This document shows, in pieces, positions 11,398 to 22,255 of a stretch of DNA of 55,790 nucleotides. Origin of the DNA: an uncultured Clostridia bacterium (lineage in GTDB: Bacteria; Bacillota; Clostridia; TANB77; CAG-465); contig CANRQA010000003.1 of the NCBI GenBank assembly GCA_947632635.1, forward strand, positions 1 to 55,790. Direction: 5' to 3'. Under the pieces are notes generated by a model. The model did not search any database. It saw only the letters and a list, made by a program, of their open reading frames with translations, and was not told the origin of the DNA. The position numbers were made by a program, and so were the translations under genes. Position 1 is the stretch's first letter. Every line of letters starts with the position of its first letter.

Positions 11398-11683
11398 AAA
11401 TTAATTCACTCCCTTAAAAATAACAATAAAAAGAAATACATATAATATATATACATTATATGTATATTTTTGCTTATAGCATCTATTAGTATACAAGTTT
11501 TAATAAAAAAAGTCAATAGCTAAATTAAAATTTTATCAAAAGTAAAGCCTTTTTTGAAAATCAAAAATGATTCAAATTTATATTAAAAATGTTGACATAA
11601 ATGCACAAGCTATGCTATAATATTAATGAGAGTAACTAAATTATATGGCAAATGTCATATAAAATTTTAATTAAGAAGGGAAG

Positions 11684-12136
11684 ATGGATATGTGGGTATT
11701 AGGAATAGGGCTTTTGGTTTTTATATTTATAGTTTTCTTTGTGTTAGTGCCCATTCTCCGCTTAAATTCTCATTGTGAGGATTTGTATAATAGTGTTGTT
11801 GCGGAAAAGGAAGCAGCAGATATACTTATTAAGTTAATGCAAGGAGAGGGAGTTAATTTAACAGAAAATGCATTAGAATTTCATATTGAGAGGCTTGACC
11901 GTAATTTGTTCAAATTTAGAAGAGTAAGTGATGACAAGTGTTCAAATGAATATGCTTGTGTTAGCAGGTATATAAATGGAAATGCGCTTGTGTATAAAAA
12001 CAAAGTGGGCTGGTGCTTGGTTGACAAAGATTTTAATGAAACAACAGATCCAAAAGAAATAGCAGACTTCTTTAGATCTAATGCTCGCGTAAATTGCGGA
12101 GTAGAGATAAACGCAGGTATTATAAGTATATTATAA
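11684..12136 (+). CDS. Hypothetical membrane-anchored protein
   Basis: ORF with N-terminal TM; TTGACA/TATAAT-like promoter at ~11591-11625; terminator hairpin at 12146-12178. Confidence 0.5.
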   Translation: MDMWVLGIGLLVFIFIVFFVLVPILRLNSHCEDLYNSVVAEKEAADILIKLMQGEGVNLTENALEFHIERLDRNLFKFRRVSDDKCSNEYACVSRYINGNALVYKNKVGWCLVDKDFNETTDPKEIADFFRSNARVNCGVEINAGIISIL

Positions 12137-12321
12137 TTTTTTTTAAGACACTGTATTAATTTACGGTGTCTTTTTTTGTATAAAAACTGTTTTTAAAGCC
12201 TCTTTATATATTTTTTTAAACAAATATAATATGTAATTATTTAAAAATTGTTACATTAATTGCATAAAAATAAATAATACTAATATATTTATAATAGAAA
12301 AGTTAAACGTGGAGGTAAGAA

Positions 12322-13804
12322 ATGAAAAGAGAAGATATTTATAAAGATATATCATCAAGAACAGGTGGGGATATATATATTGGAGTAGTAGGACCTGTTA
12401 GAACTCGGTAAATCAACTTTTATAAAAAATTTCATGGAAACTTTTGTTATACCAAACATAGAAAATGAACACAAAAAAGATAGAGCAAAAGATGAATTAC
12501 CACAAAGTGCTGCTGGAAGAACTATAATGACAACAGAACCAAAATTTGTGCCTAATGAATCTGTTGAAATTTTACTTGATAATAATGTTAAAATGAAAAC
12601 AAGACTTGTAGATTGTGTTGGATATTTAGTAGACGGTGCAGTAGGACATATGGAAGATGATATGCCAAGAATGGTAAGAACACCATGGTCAAAAGAAGAA
12701 ATGCCATTTACAAGAGCAGCAGAAATTGGTACAGAAAAAGTTATTAAAGAACATTCTACAATAGGTCTTGTAATAACAACTGATGGAAGTATAACTGATA
12801 TTCCAAGAGATTCATATGTTGATGCCGAAACTCGTGTTATAAATGAACTAAAAGAGATTAATAAACCATTTGTGGTATTACTTAATACTACACATCCTGA
12901 AGATGAGGAAACAAAGGCTTTAGCAGAAGAATTATCAAAAAAACATAATACATCAGTACTTGCTATTGATATTGCAAATATGAAAGAAAAAGAATTAAGT
13001 GAAGTTTTTGAAAGAGTATTAAGAGAATTCCCAGTAACAGAAATTGGTTTTAAACTACCAGAATGGTTTAGTATACTTGATTTTGACCATTGGTTAAAAC
13101 AAGATATTATTGGAATTATAAAAAATAGCTTTGAAAAAGACTATTCTTTAAGAGAAATAAATGAATTAATTGAAAAAATTGGTAGTGAAAGTGATATATT
13201 TAAGAAAATTGATGTTGATGATGCAAAAATGGAAGATGGCACTATAAAAATAAAAATGGAAATTAATCCTGATATGTTTTATAAAGTGCTTACTGAAATG
13301 TCTAATTTTGATATAAAATCTGATGGAGATATATTTGAATTATTAAAAGAATTTGCAAAAACAAAACAAGAATATGATAAAATTGCAATAGCATTAGAAG
13401 AAGTAAGAATTAAAGGATATGGAATTGTTACTCCTCAAATGGATGAATTAACTCTTGAAGAACCTGAAATTGTAAAACAAGGTAACAAATATGGAGTAAA
13501 ACTAAAAGCAAGTGCTCCATCAATCCATATGATTAGAGCTGATATAGAAACAGAAGTATCACCTATTGTTGGAAGTGAAAAGCAGTCGGAAGACTTGGTT
13601 AAATATTTGCTTAGTGAATTTGAAACAGACCCTAAAAAGATATGGGAGTCAAATATATTTGGTAAATCATTACATGAACTTGTAAATGAGGGACTTCACA
13701 ACAAATTATATAGAATGCCAGATGAAGCACAAATGAAATTACAAGAAACTTTACAAAAGATTATTAATGAGGGTAGCGGTGGCTTAATTTGCATTATATT
13801 ATAG
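12322..13804 (+). pseudogene. spoIVA: Stage IV sporulation protein A (SpoIVA ATPase), frameshifted inside the Walker A motif
   Basis: MKREDIYKDISSRTGGDIYIGVVGPVRT then ACT-C-GGT-AAA-TCA-ACT. Removing C 12406 restores GKSTFIKNFMETFVIPNI... in frame with ORF 12434..13804 (ELPQSAAGRTIMTTEPKF). Confidence 0.85.
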
Positions 13805-13854
13805 CAAATAAAAAAATTCCTTATCAAAATTATATTGATGAGGAGTTTTTTTTG

Positions 13855-13889
13855 ATTTTATTTTATTTTATTTTATTTTATTTCATTTC
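13855..13889. repeat. (ATTTT)5 plus two ATTTC units, pentanucleotide microsatellite
   Basis: Read directly; lies between convergent spoIVA and the J-domain gene. Confidence 0.9.
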
Positions 13890-13890
13890 A

Positions 13891-14496
13891 TTATTTAGTA
13901 AAAGTATTAACTATAATATTTATTAAATCAATATTTGTCATTTTAGATACAAATAAAAGTGTTATAAATATTGCAATTATTAAAACTATAATTTTTATTA
14001 TTGTTACTAAAAAAGTTTTTGTATATGAACTTGTTATATTATTCTCTTTATTATTACCCAAGCTATAATTATTTGAATTTAAGTTAGTATAGTTAGGCTC
14101 ATTTTTTGTGTTATCTTTAAATCTAATACCCATATCTTGATTTTGTATATAATACTCATCAAGGTTAATATTACCTAAGAAATGCTCAATTATTTGATTT
14201 CTTTTTTGTAATTCCATTTCTAAATTTTTAATAGTATTTTTTAAAGTTAGTTCCTTTTCAGTATCTTTTTCAAGTTTTTCTAAATTTAAGGAATTATCAT
14301 ATTCTGCACGTTTTGCCTCATTTGATAAAACTTCATAGGCCTCATTTAACTCTTTAACTTTTTTCTCCATTTTTTCTTTTTCGCTACCAGAGTATAAATC
14401 AGGATGACTTGCCTTAATTTGCATTTTAAAGACCTTTTTTATAGTGTCTAAAGAGGCGTGTTCATTTACTTCTAATATTTCATAGTAATTTTTCAT
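13891..14496 (-). CDS. J-domain (DnaJ-like) protein with C-terminal TM anchor
   Basis: YYEILEV...HPD motif; hydrophobic C-terminus; start set at the ATG after GGAGAA (internal M of the track ORF). Confidence 0.75.
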   Translation of the reverse strand: MKNYYEILEVNEHASLDTIKKVFKMQIKASHPDLYSGSEKEKMEKKVKELNEAYEVLSNEAKRAEYDNSLNLEKLEKDTEKELTLKNTIKNLEMELQKRNQIIEHFLGNINLDEYYIQNQDMGIRFKDNTKNEPNYTNLNSNNYSLGNNKENNITSSYTKTFLVTIIKIIVLIIAIFITLLFVSKMTNIDLINIIVNTFTK

Positions 14497-14607
14497 AAGT
14501 TTTTTCTCCTTACATATAAAAATTGTACAGTATTTAACGAAAAAAGTCAATCGCACATTTACTTATTACACTAAAAATGTTATAATATATATCAAGGAGT
14601 GAGTTAA

Positions 14608-15261
14608 TTGTTAAATATGTTTTCTAAAGATGGCATTATTTCATTTTTATACTTTTTACCAGCACTATTATTATCTATTTCAATACATGAATTTTTTCAT
14701 TCATATGTTGCATATAAATTAGGAGATAAAAGTCAAAAGTTAAGTGGAAGACTTACTTTAAATCCACTTGCTCATTTTGATTTAATTGGATTTATATGTA
14801 TTGCTTTGTTTGGCTTTGGTTGGGGTAAGCCAGTTATTGTTGATGATAGTAATTTTAAAAATAGGGCAAGGGATAATGTTCTTTGTGCTATTGCAGGTCC
14901 AATTTCTAACATATTATTTGCAATTTTAATTACTGTTATGTTAAAGCTATCAAATATAGTAGGATTATATGGGTACCTTGCTTCAAAAGCATTTGGCGTA
15001 ATATTACTTAATATGATAATGCTTACTATACAGTTTAATATTGTATTTGCTGTATTTAATTTAATTCCTATACCACCACTTGCAGGTTCAGTAGTATTAT
15101 TTTACTTTTTACCAGCAAGGTTTAAAAAAATAATGTATGTACTTGAACAATATTCTTTTATTATACTTATAGTTTTATTTATATCAGGTGCATATTCATT
15201 TTTAATCACTCCAGCATATAATTTAATTGCTAGGTTTTTGCAATTTATATTGTTACTATAG
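14608..15261 (+). CDS. Site-2 protease family (M50-like) membrane metalloprotease
   Basis: HEFFH (HExxH) in the first TM region, multiple TM helices; TTG start 8 nt after AAGGAG. Confidence 0.7.
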   Translation: MLNMFSKDGIISFLYFLPALLLSISIHEFFHSYVAYKLGDKSQKLSGRLTLNPLAHFDLIGFICIALFGFGWGKPVIVDDSNFKNRARDNVLCAIAGPISNILFAILITVMLKLSNIVGLYGYLASKAFGVILLNMIMLTIQFNIVFAVFNLIPIPPLAGSVVLFYFLPARFKKIMYVLEQYSFIILIVLFISGAYSFLITPAYNLIARFLQFILLL

Positions 15262-15275
15262 AATAGAGGTATAAA

Positions 15276-16277
15276 ATGTTAGGTTTAAGTATAGAGTCAA
15301 GTTGTGATGAGACATCAGTTGCTATTTTAAAAGACGGAAGAGAAGTGCTTTCAAATGTTGTTTCAACACAAATAGATATACATAAAGAATTTGGGGGTGT
15401 TGTGCCTGAAATTGCTTCAAGGAAACATCTTACAAATATTTCATATGTAGTAGATGAGGCTTTAAAAGAGGCAAAAGTAGATTTAAAAGATATAGAATAT
15501 ATAGGAGTTACATATGGTCCAGGACTTGTTGGAGCTTTGCTTGTAGGTGTATCATATGCAAAGTCACTTGCATATGCTTTAAATATACCTATTGTGCCAA
15601 CACATCATATTGAGGGACATATTGCTGCAAATTATATTTCAAATAAAGAGTTAAAGCCACCTTTTTTAGCACTTGTTGTATCAGGTGGTCATTCACATTT
15701 AATCTATGTAAAAGATTATACAGATTTTGAAATATTAGGAAAAACAAGAGATGATGCTGTAGGTGAGGCTTTTGATAAGGTTGCAAGAACTTTAGGGCTT
15801 GGTTATCCTGGTGGACCTGAGGTAAGTAATTGTGCGTTAAAAGGAAAGCCAACATATAATTTGCCAAAAACTAAATTTGAAAATTATGATTTTAGTTTTA
15901 GTGGAATAAAAACCGCTGTTATAAACATCGCACATAAAGAGGGAGAAAATTTAAAAGTAGCAGATATGTGTGCGTCTTTTGAAACTACAGTGTGTGAAGA
16001 ATTAACTCAAAATGCAATGAGAGTTATGAAAGATTATAACTTGAAAAAGGTAGTACTTGCTGGTGGTGTATCAGCAAATAGAGTGCTTAGAAATATGATA
16101 TGTAAAGAGGCTAAAAAAAGTGGATACGAGGCTTTTATACCAGATTTAAAGTATTGCACAGATAATGCTGCAATGATTGGCAGTGCCGCATATTATAATT
16201 ATATTTCAGGAAAATATTATGATATAAAAGATAAATTAGATTTAAACGCAAAAGCAAATTTAAAGGTAGGTGAGTAA
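15276..16277 (+). CDS. tsaD: tRNA N6-adenosine threonylcarbamoyltransferase
   Basis: LGIESSCDETSVAI, GPGLVGALLVG, HHIEGH, VSGGHS motifs. Confidence 0.95.
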   Translation: MLGLSIESSCDETSVAILKDGREVLSNVVSTQIDIHKEFGGVVPEIASRKHLTNISYVVDEALKEAKVDLKDIEYIGVTYGPGLVGALLVGVSYAKSLAYALNIPIVPTHHIEGHIAANYISNKELKPPFLALVVSGGHSHLIYVKDYTDFEILGKTRDDAVGEAFDKVARTLGLGYPGGPEVSNCALKGKPTYNLPKTKFENYDFSFSGIKTAVINIAHKEGENLKVADMCASFETTVCEELTQNAMRVMKDYNLKKVVLAGGVSANRVLRNMICKEAKKSGYEAFIPDLKYCTDNAAMIGSAAYYNYISGKYYDIKDKLDLNAKANLKVGE

Positions 16278-16977
16278 ATGTCATCAATATATGCAATATC
16301 AGATTTGCATTTATCATTTGGAGTAGATAAACCAATGAATGTTTTTGGGAAGCTTTGGGAAGATTATGAACAAAGAATAAAAGAAAATTGGGAAAGTAAG
16401 GTTAAAGAAGATGATATAGTAATAATTCCAGGAGATATTTCTTGGGGCATGAGTCTTAAAGAGGCGTTACCAGATTTTAAGTTTATTGATTCTTTAAAGG
16501 GTAAAAAAATAATTTTAAAAGGAAATCATGATTATTATTTTTCTACTAAAACTAAATTAGAAAAATTTTTTAATGAAAATAACATAAATAGTATATCTAT
16601 ACTTCATAATAACGCGATAGATATTGGAAAATATATACTTTGTGGAACAAGAGGTTGGAGCAAAGTTGAAGAAGAGGATAACAAGCTAAACAAAAAAATA
16701 ATTGAGCGAGAGAAAATGAGACTTAAACTTTCACTTGAAGAGGGAAAGAAGCTCCAAGAAAGTTTAAAAGTTAAGAAAGATATATTAGTTGCTATGCATT
16801 TTCCACCATTTATTTCAAATTATCCAAATATATTAAAAGAATATGATGTAAAGTTGTGTATTTACGGACATTTGCATCGGATATGGAAGGTTTATGATAA
16901 AAGAGGGGATAATAGATGGAATAGAATATAAAATGGTATCATGCGATCATACAAATTTTGATTTAATAAAATTATAA
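16278..16977 (+). pseudogene. Metallophosphoesterase, C-terminus frameshifted (extra C at 16878)
   Basis: DLHLS, GDISW, GNHDY motifs. At CAT-C-GGA, removal of the C gives YGHLHGYGRFMIKEGIIDGIEYKMVSCDHTNFDLIKL with a stop at 16975-16977. Confidence 0.75.
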
Positions 16978-17035
16978 TAAAAGCTATAAAGTTACAGTAA
17001 AAAGTTTTCACTTTAACTTTATAGCTTATTATTTA

Positions 17036-17109
17036 TGGCAGGGGTAGAAGGAATCGAACCCTCCTCTGTGGTTTTGGAGACCATCATTCTACCAATGAAC
17101 TATACCCCT
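17036..17109 (-). tRNA. tRNA-Trp (anticodon CCA)
   Basis: Cloverleaf readable on the minus strand: AGGGGTA acceptor, anticodon loop CT-CCA-AA, GGTTCGATTCC T-arm, encoded 3' CCA. Confidence 0.85.
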
Positions 17110-17411
17110 ATATACTAATATATTTATTCTAACATTATTTTAGGCTTTTTTCAATAGTTTTTTAGAAAAATTAAAAAATCTTTTTTGCGGAGAGTTACAA
17201 TTCACAGTCGTTTTTTATAAAATGACTCAGTATTTACAATAGTTACAAGAATTTATAAAATTGTTTATTGAAATAATAATATCTCAAATATGCTATTATT
17301 CGTTTAGCTTTTATATAAGCTAAATTCATGTAATGCTTACGATTAAAGGAAATTTATAAGCTGTTAATTAGTAATGCTAATACTATTAATTATAATTTTT
17401 TTAGAAGACTA

Positions 17412-17440
17412 TTGACATAATATATAACTTATGGTATAAT
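17412..17440 (+). promoter_or_regulatory. Sigma-A type promoter (TTGACA-17-TGnTATAAT)
   Basis: Perfect -35 at 17412-17417, 17-nt spacer, extended -10 at 17432-17440. Confidence 0.6.
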
Positions 17441-17447
17441 AACTTAT

Positions 17448-17672
17448 GTGTGAATGTTTTGGCTTTCCTCTAACTAGAGGGGTGGTGTAACTTCTAGTTA
17501 GTTTACTATAACCTTTCCTGTTTTAAGAGAGATGGGAAAGAATGGATGTTTTCTCTTGTGTTTATGTAATGGCCTCCTTTTGCATATATCAACCTTCCTC
17601 TTTCTTTTTGTGGTGTACACCAGCCACAATTTAAAAAATAAGACTACTATATGATTTTATAGTAGTTTTTTT
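17448..17672 (+). ncRNA. Candidate ~225-nt non-coding RNA of unknown class
   Basis: Bounded by the consensus promoter and an intrinsic terminator (stem ACTACTATA/TATAGTAGT plus T-run, 17642-17672); GC-richer than its flanks; hairpins CTAACTAGA..TCTAGTTAG and AAGAGAG..TCTCTT; four CCUC/CUUCCUC tracts; no convincing ORF. Confidence 0.4.
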
Positions 17673-17786
17673 ATATAAAAATTATTTTTTACGATTAAAC
17701 TACTGTATACAATTTGATTATAAAAAATTTACTACATTTATTGCATAAATTAAGCATTTATGATATAATTCACATGGTGATAAAGC

Positions 17787-19040
17787 ATGAAGATTTCAAA
17801 ACAAAAAGGAACAAGAGATATATATGGTAAAGATTTAAAAATATGGCAATATATAGAAGAAAACATTAGAGATATTTGTAATACATATAATGTAAAAGAA
17901 ATAAGGACACCAGTATTTGAAGCAACAGAACTTTACTCAAGAAGTGTTGGTGATGATACAGATATAGTAAATAAGGAAATGTATACATTTACTGATAGAG
18001 GTGGAAGAAGTATAACATTACGTCCTGAACTTACAGCAGGAGTAGTTAGAGCATATATTGAAAATGGCTTTTCTTCAATGATAACACCAATTAAACTTTG
18101 GTATGAAGCTAATATGTATAGATATGAAAAAATGCAAAAAGGAAGATATAGAGAATTTACACAATTTGGAGTTGAATTTTTTGGAAGTGAGTCATATCTT
18201 GCAGATATTGAAGTAATTTTGCTTGCAAATACTCTATTTAAAAAATTAAATATAGCAGATAAAGTGGTATTAAATATAAACTCAATAGGATGTACTACTT
18301 GTAGAAAAGAATATATCAAAGCATTAAAAGACTATGTAAAACCAAATTTAGATAGTATGTGTGAAACTTGTAGAACAAGGTATGAAAAAAATCCACTTAG
18401 AATGCTTGATTGCAAAGAAGAAAATTGCAAGAAAATATTAAAAAACGCACCAGAACTAACAGAATATCTTTGTGAAGAATGCAAAACAGATTTTGAAAAC
18501 TTAAAAAAAATGTTAACAGAACTTGATATTAAATATGTAGTAGATAGCAGAATAGTTAGAGGACTTGACTATTATAATAAAACAGTATTTGAATTTGTAT
18601 CAAAAGATTTAGACTTAACAGTATGTGCTGGTGGAAGATATGATAGGCTTGTAGAATATCTAGGTGGAAATAGTACAAAAGCAGTAGGATTTGGACTTGG
18701 AATGGATAGACTAGTACTTCTTCTAAATGAACTTAATATCTTACCAGAACTTAATGATAAAGTAGATGCATATATTTTAATGCAAGATAGTAATGCATAC
18801 AAAAAAGGTATTGATATAGTAAATAAATTAAGAGAAAATGGATATATAGTTGAATTTGATATATGTAATAGAAGTTTTAATGCTCAGTTAAAATATGCAA
18901 ATAAAATTAATTCAAAATATGTAATAATAGTTGGAGAAGAAGAATTAAAAACTAATACTTGTGTAATTAAGAATATGGAAGATAGTACACAGGAAAAAAT
19001 AGAGTTAGATTATAATTTAATAAGTAAAAAAATAAATTAG
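17787..19040 (+). CDS. hisS: Histidine--tRNA ligase
   Basis: Class II aaRS motifs: RGGRSITLRPELT, YRYEKMQKGRYREFTQ, GGRYD, GFGLGMDR. Confidence 0.95.
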   Translation: MKISKQKGTRDIYGKDLKIWQYIEENIRDICNTYNVKEIRTPVFEATELYSRSVGDDTDIVNKEMYTFTDRGGRSITLRPELTAGVVRAYIENGFSSMITPIKLWYEANMYRYEKMQKGRYREFTQFGVEFFGSESYLADIEVILLANTLFKKLNIADKVVLNINSIGCTTCRKEYIKALKDYVKPNLDSMCETCRTRYEKNPLRMLDCKEENCKKILKNAPELTEYLCEECKTDFENLKKMLTELDIKYVVDSRIVRGLDYYNKTVFEFVSKDLDLTVCAGGRYDRLVEYLGGNSTKAVGFGLGMDRLVLLLNELNILPELNDKVDAYILMQDSNAYKKGIDIVNKLRENGYIVEFDICNRSFNAQLKYANKINSKYVIIVGEEELKTNTCVIKNMEDSTQEKIELDYNLISKKIN

Positions 19041-19049
19041 GAGAAAAAA

Positions 19050-20433
19050 ATGATAGATATAAATGAAAGGAAAAATATAAAAGAAGTATATAATAATTAT
19101 AACGATTTAGATAAAAAAGAAGTTACTGTTTGCCGGTTGGATAAAAAACTTAAGGACTTCAAAAAGCATAGCTTTTATAGAACTTAACGACGGAACTTTT
19201 TTTAAATCTGTTCAAGTAATTATTGAAGAAAATGATATAGAAAATTACAAAGATGTAACTTCATTAAATATAGGTGCAAGTATAATTGTAAAAGGAGTAT
19301 TAAAAGTTACACCTGAGGCAAAACAACCATTTGAAATAAAAGGAGAAATTATAGAAATTTCAGGAAAATCAACACCTGATTATCCATTACAAAATAAAAG
19401 ACATTCAATGGAATTTTTAAGAGATATAGCACATTTAAGACCAAGAACAAATACGTTTTTAGCTGTATTTAGAGTAAGATCTGTAATTGCTCATGCAGTT
19501 CATGACTTTTTCTATAACCACGGCTTTGTGTATGTACATACTCCAATAATAACATCATCTGACTGTGAGGGTGCAGGAGAAATGTTTAGAGTAACAACAC
19601 TTGATGACTTAAAAAAAGGAGATGAAGCTGACTTCTTTGGAAAAAAGACAGGACTTACAGTTTCAGGTCAACTTGCAGCAGAAAGTATGGCAATGGCTTT
19701 TTCAAATGTATATACTTTTGGCCCAACATTTAGAGCTGAAAACTCTCATACAACAAGACATGCAGCAGAATTTTGGATGATAGAGCCGGAAATGGCATTT
19801 TGTGATTTAGATGGCGATATGAAAGTTGCTGAAGAATTAATAAAATATATAATAAAAACAGTATTAAAAGACGCAAAAGAAGAAATAGAATTTTTTAACA
19901 AATTTGTAGATACAGGTTTAATAGAAAGACTAAATAATATAGTAAATTCTAATTTTGTAAGGATAACATATAAAGAGGCTGTAAAATTACTAGAAGAACA
20001 TATTGATAAATTTGAATATAAAGTAGAATTTGGGACTGACCTGCAAACAGAACATGAAAGATATTTAACAGAAGTAATATTTAAAAAGCCAGTTTTTGTA
20101 ACAGATTATCCAAAAGCTATAAAAGCATTTTATATGAAACAAAATGAAGATAATACAACTGTTAGAGCAGTAGATTTACTTGTACCAGGAATAGGAGAAA
20201 TACTTGGAGGCTCACAAAGAGAAGAAAATCTAGAAAAACTAGAAAATCGTATGAAAGAATTAGGTTTAAATATTAAAGATTATGAATGGTATTTAGATAC
20301 TAGAAGATATGGAACTTGTGTGCATTCAGGCTTTGGAATAGGATTTGAACGTTTAGTAATGTATTTAACAGGTATGCAAAACATACGTGATGTAATTCCA
20401 TTTCCTAGAACACCAGGCAATTGTTTATATTAA
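19050..20433 (+). pseudogene. asnS: Asparagine--tRNA ligase, N-terminal region frameshifted (extra C at 19134)
   Basis: The ATG at 19050 gives [28 protein letters not shown] then TGC-C-GGT-TGG. Removing the C gives [29 protein letters not shown]..., in frame with ORF 19408..20433 ([30 protein letters not shown]). Confidence 0.85.
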
Positions 20434-20458
20434 TTTAAGTTAGAAAAGGGGAAAAATA

Positions 20459-22228
20459 ATGCATAAATATAGAACACATAAATGTGATGAATTAAGTTTA
20501 GAGAATGTAAATGAAACAGTTAGACTTTCAGGGTTTGTAAAAACAATAAGAGATTTAGGCTCTGTTATGTTTGTTGATTTAAGAGATCATTATGGTATAA
20601 CACAACTTGTTATAAATGAAAGAGAACTTTTAGATAAATTTCATAAAATACCAGTAGAATCAACTATATGTGTTGACGGAATTGTTTTAAAAAGAGAAGA
20701 AGAAACAATAAATCCACAACTAAAAACAGGAAAAATAGAAGTTAGAGTAAATAATGTAGAAGTACTTGGAAATGTATATAATACATTACCATTCCAAATT
20801 GATGAAAGTAGAAATGTAAAGGAAGATTTGAGACTAGAATATAGATTTTTAGATTTAAGAAATGAAGAAATACATAAGAAAATAGTATTTAGGTCAAAGG
20901 TATTAAAGACACTTAGGGATAAAATGACAGACCTTGATTTTGTTGAAATACAAACACCAATCCTTACAAGTTCTTCACCAGAGGGAGCAAGAGATTTTCT
21001 TGTACCAAGTAGATTACATCCAGGTGAGTTTTATGCTTTACCTCAAGCACCACAGCAGTTTAAACAACTACTTATGATATCAGGTTTTGATAAATATTTT
21101 CAAATTGCACCTTGTTTTAGAGATGAAGATCCAAGAGCAGATAGGTCACCAGGTGAGTTTTATCAACTTGACTTTGAAATGTCATTTGCAACTCAAGAAG
21201 ATGTTTTAAATGTACTAGAAAAAGTAATAGGCTCTACTTTTAAAGAATTATCAACTAAACAAGTATCAGAGGCACCATTTAGGAGAATAACTTTTAAAGA
21301 GGCAATGGATAAATATGGTACTGATAAACCAGATTTAAGAAATCCACTTGTAATTGAAGATGTTACAGAAGTATTTAAAGATAGTGACTTTAGAGTATTT
21401 AAAGATAAGACAATAAAATGTATAAAGATAGATGCTACTAGTGTGTCAAGAAGATTTTTTGATCAAATGGTAGACTTTGCAACAGGTGAGTTAGAACTTA
21501 AAGGGCTTGCATGGATAAAATATGATGAAGAAAATGAGGGTAGCAATATAACAGGAACAATATCACGTTTTGTAACTGATGAAATATTAGAAAAGTTAAA
21601 AGAAAAAGTAGCTCTAAAAACAGGTGATGCGTTATTTTTTGTAGCAGATGAATATAAAAAGGCATGTGAAGATGCAGGAGATATACGTATTGAACTTGGT
21701 AAAAGATTAGATTTAATAAATAAAGATAAATATGAACTATGCTTCATAGTAGATTTCCCAATGTATGAATTAGATGATGATGGAAAAATACAATTTAACC
21801 ATAATCCATTTTCAATGCCTGTTGGTGGAATGGACGCACTTTTAAATATGAACCCACTTGATATAGTTGCGCACCAATTTGACCTTGTTTGTAACGGATA
21901 TGAAATAGCATCTGGTGCTGTTAGAAATCATGATACAAACATAATGGTAAAGGCTTTTGAAATTGCAGGATATACAGAAGAGGAAGTTGAAACAAAATTT
22001 GCTTCATTGTTTAATGCATTTAAATTTGGCGCACCACCTCATGCAGGAGCTGCACCAGGAATCGATAGACTAGTTATGTTACTACTTGATGAAACAAATA
22101 TACGTGAAGTAATAGCTTTCCCTAAAAATAGTAAAGCACGTGATGTACTTATGAAAGCACCTGCAAAAGTTTCAAAAAAACAGCTTGATGATGTACATAT
22201 AAAAGTAATAGAAAGTGATATTAAATAA
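20459..22228 (+). CDS. aspS: Aspartate--tRNA ligase (bacterial type)
   Basis: FVDLRD, QSPQ-like LPQAPQQFKQLLM, FRDED.RADR.PEF.Q.D.E, GAPPHAG.A.G.DR motifs. Confidence 0.95.
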   Translation: MHKYRTHKCDELSLENVNETVRLSGFVKTIRDLGSVMFVDLRDHYGITQLVINERELLDKFHKIPVESTICVDGIVLKREEETINPQLKTGKIEVRVNNVEVLGNVYNTLPFQIDESRNVKEDLRLEYRFLDLRNEEIHKKIVFRSKVLKTLRDKMTDLDFVEIQTPILTSSSPEGARDFLVPSRLHPGEFYALPQAPQQFKQLLMISGFDKYFQIAPCFRDEDPRADRSPGEFYQLDFEMSFATQEDVLNVLEKVIGSTFKELSTKQVSEAPFRRITFKEAMDKYGTDKPDLRNPLVIEDVTEVFKDSDFRVFKDKTIKCIKIDATSVSRRFFDQMVDFATGELELKGLAWIKYDEENEGSNITGTISRFVTDEILEKLKEKVALKTGDALFFVADEYKKACEDAGDIRIELGKRLDLINKDKYELCFIVDFPMYELDDDGKIQFNHNPFSMPVGGMDALLNMNPLDIVAHQFDLVCNGYEIASGAVRNHDTNIMVKAFEIAGYTEEEVETKFASLFNAFKFGAPPHAGAAPGIDRLVMLLLDETNIREVIAFPKNSKARDVLMKAPAKVSKKQLDDVHIKVIESDIK

Positions 22229-22255
22229 TTAACAAAAGATTAAGGGGTAGATTAT

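Noticed and set aside
13855-13889. Possible CRISPR or minisatellite array
   Set aside because: It is a simple 5-nt microsatellite with no spacers. No CRISPR-like repeat-spacer structure or cas genes are present anywhere in the window.
17448-17786. His-specific T-box leader upstream of hisS
   Set aside because: There is no T-box consensus (AGGGUGGUACCGCG), no recognisable specifier loop or antiterminator alternative to the terminator, and a separate promoter-like sequence lies between the terminator and hisS.
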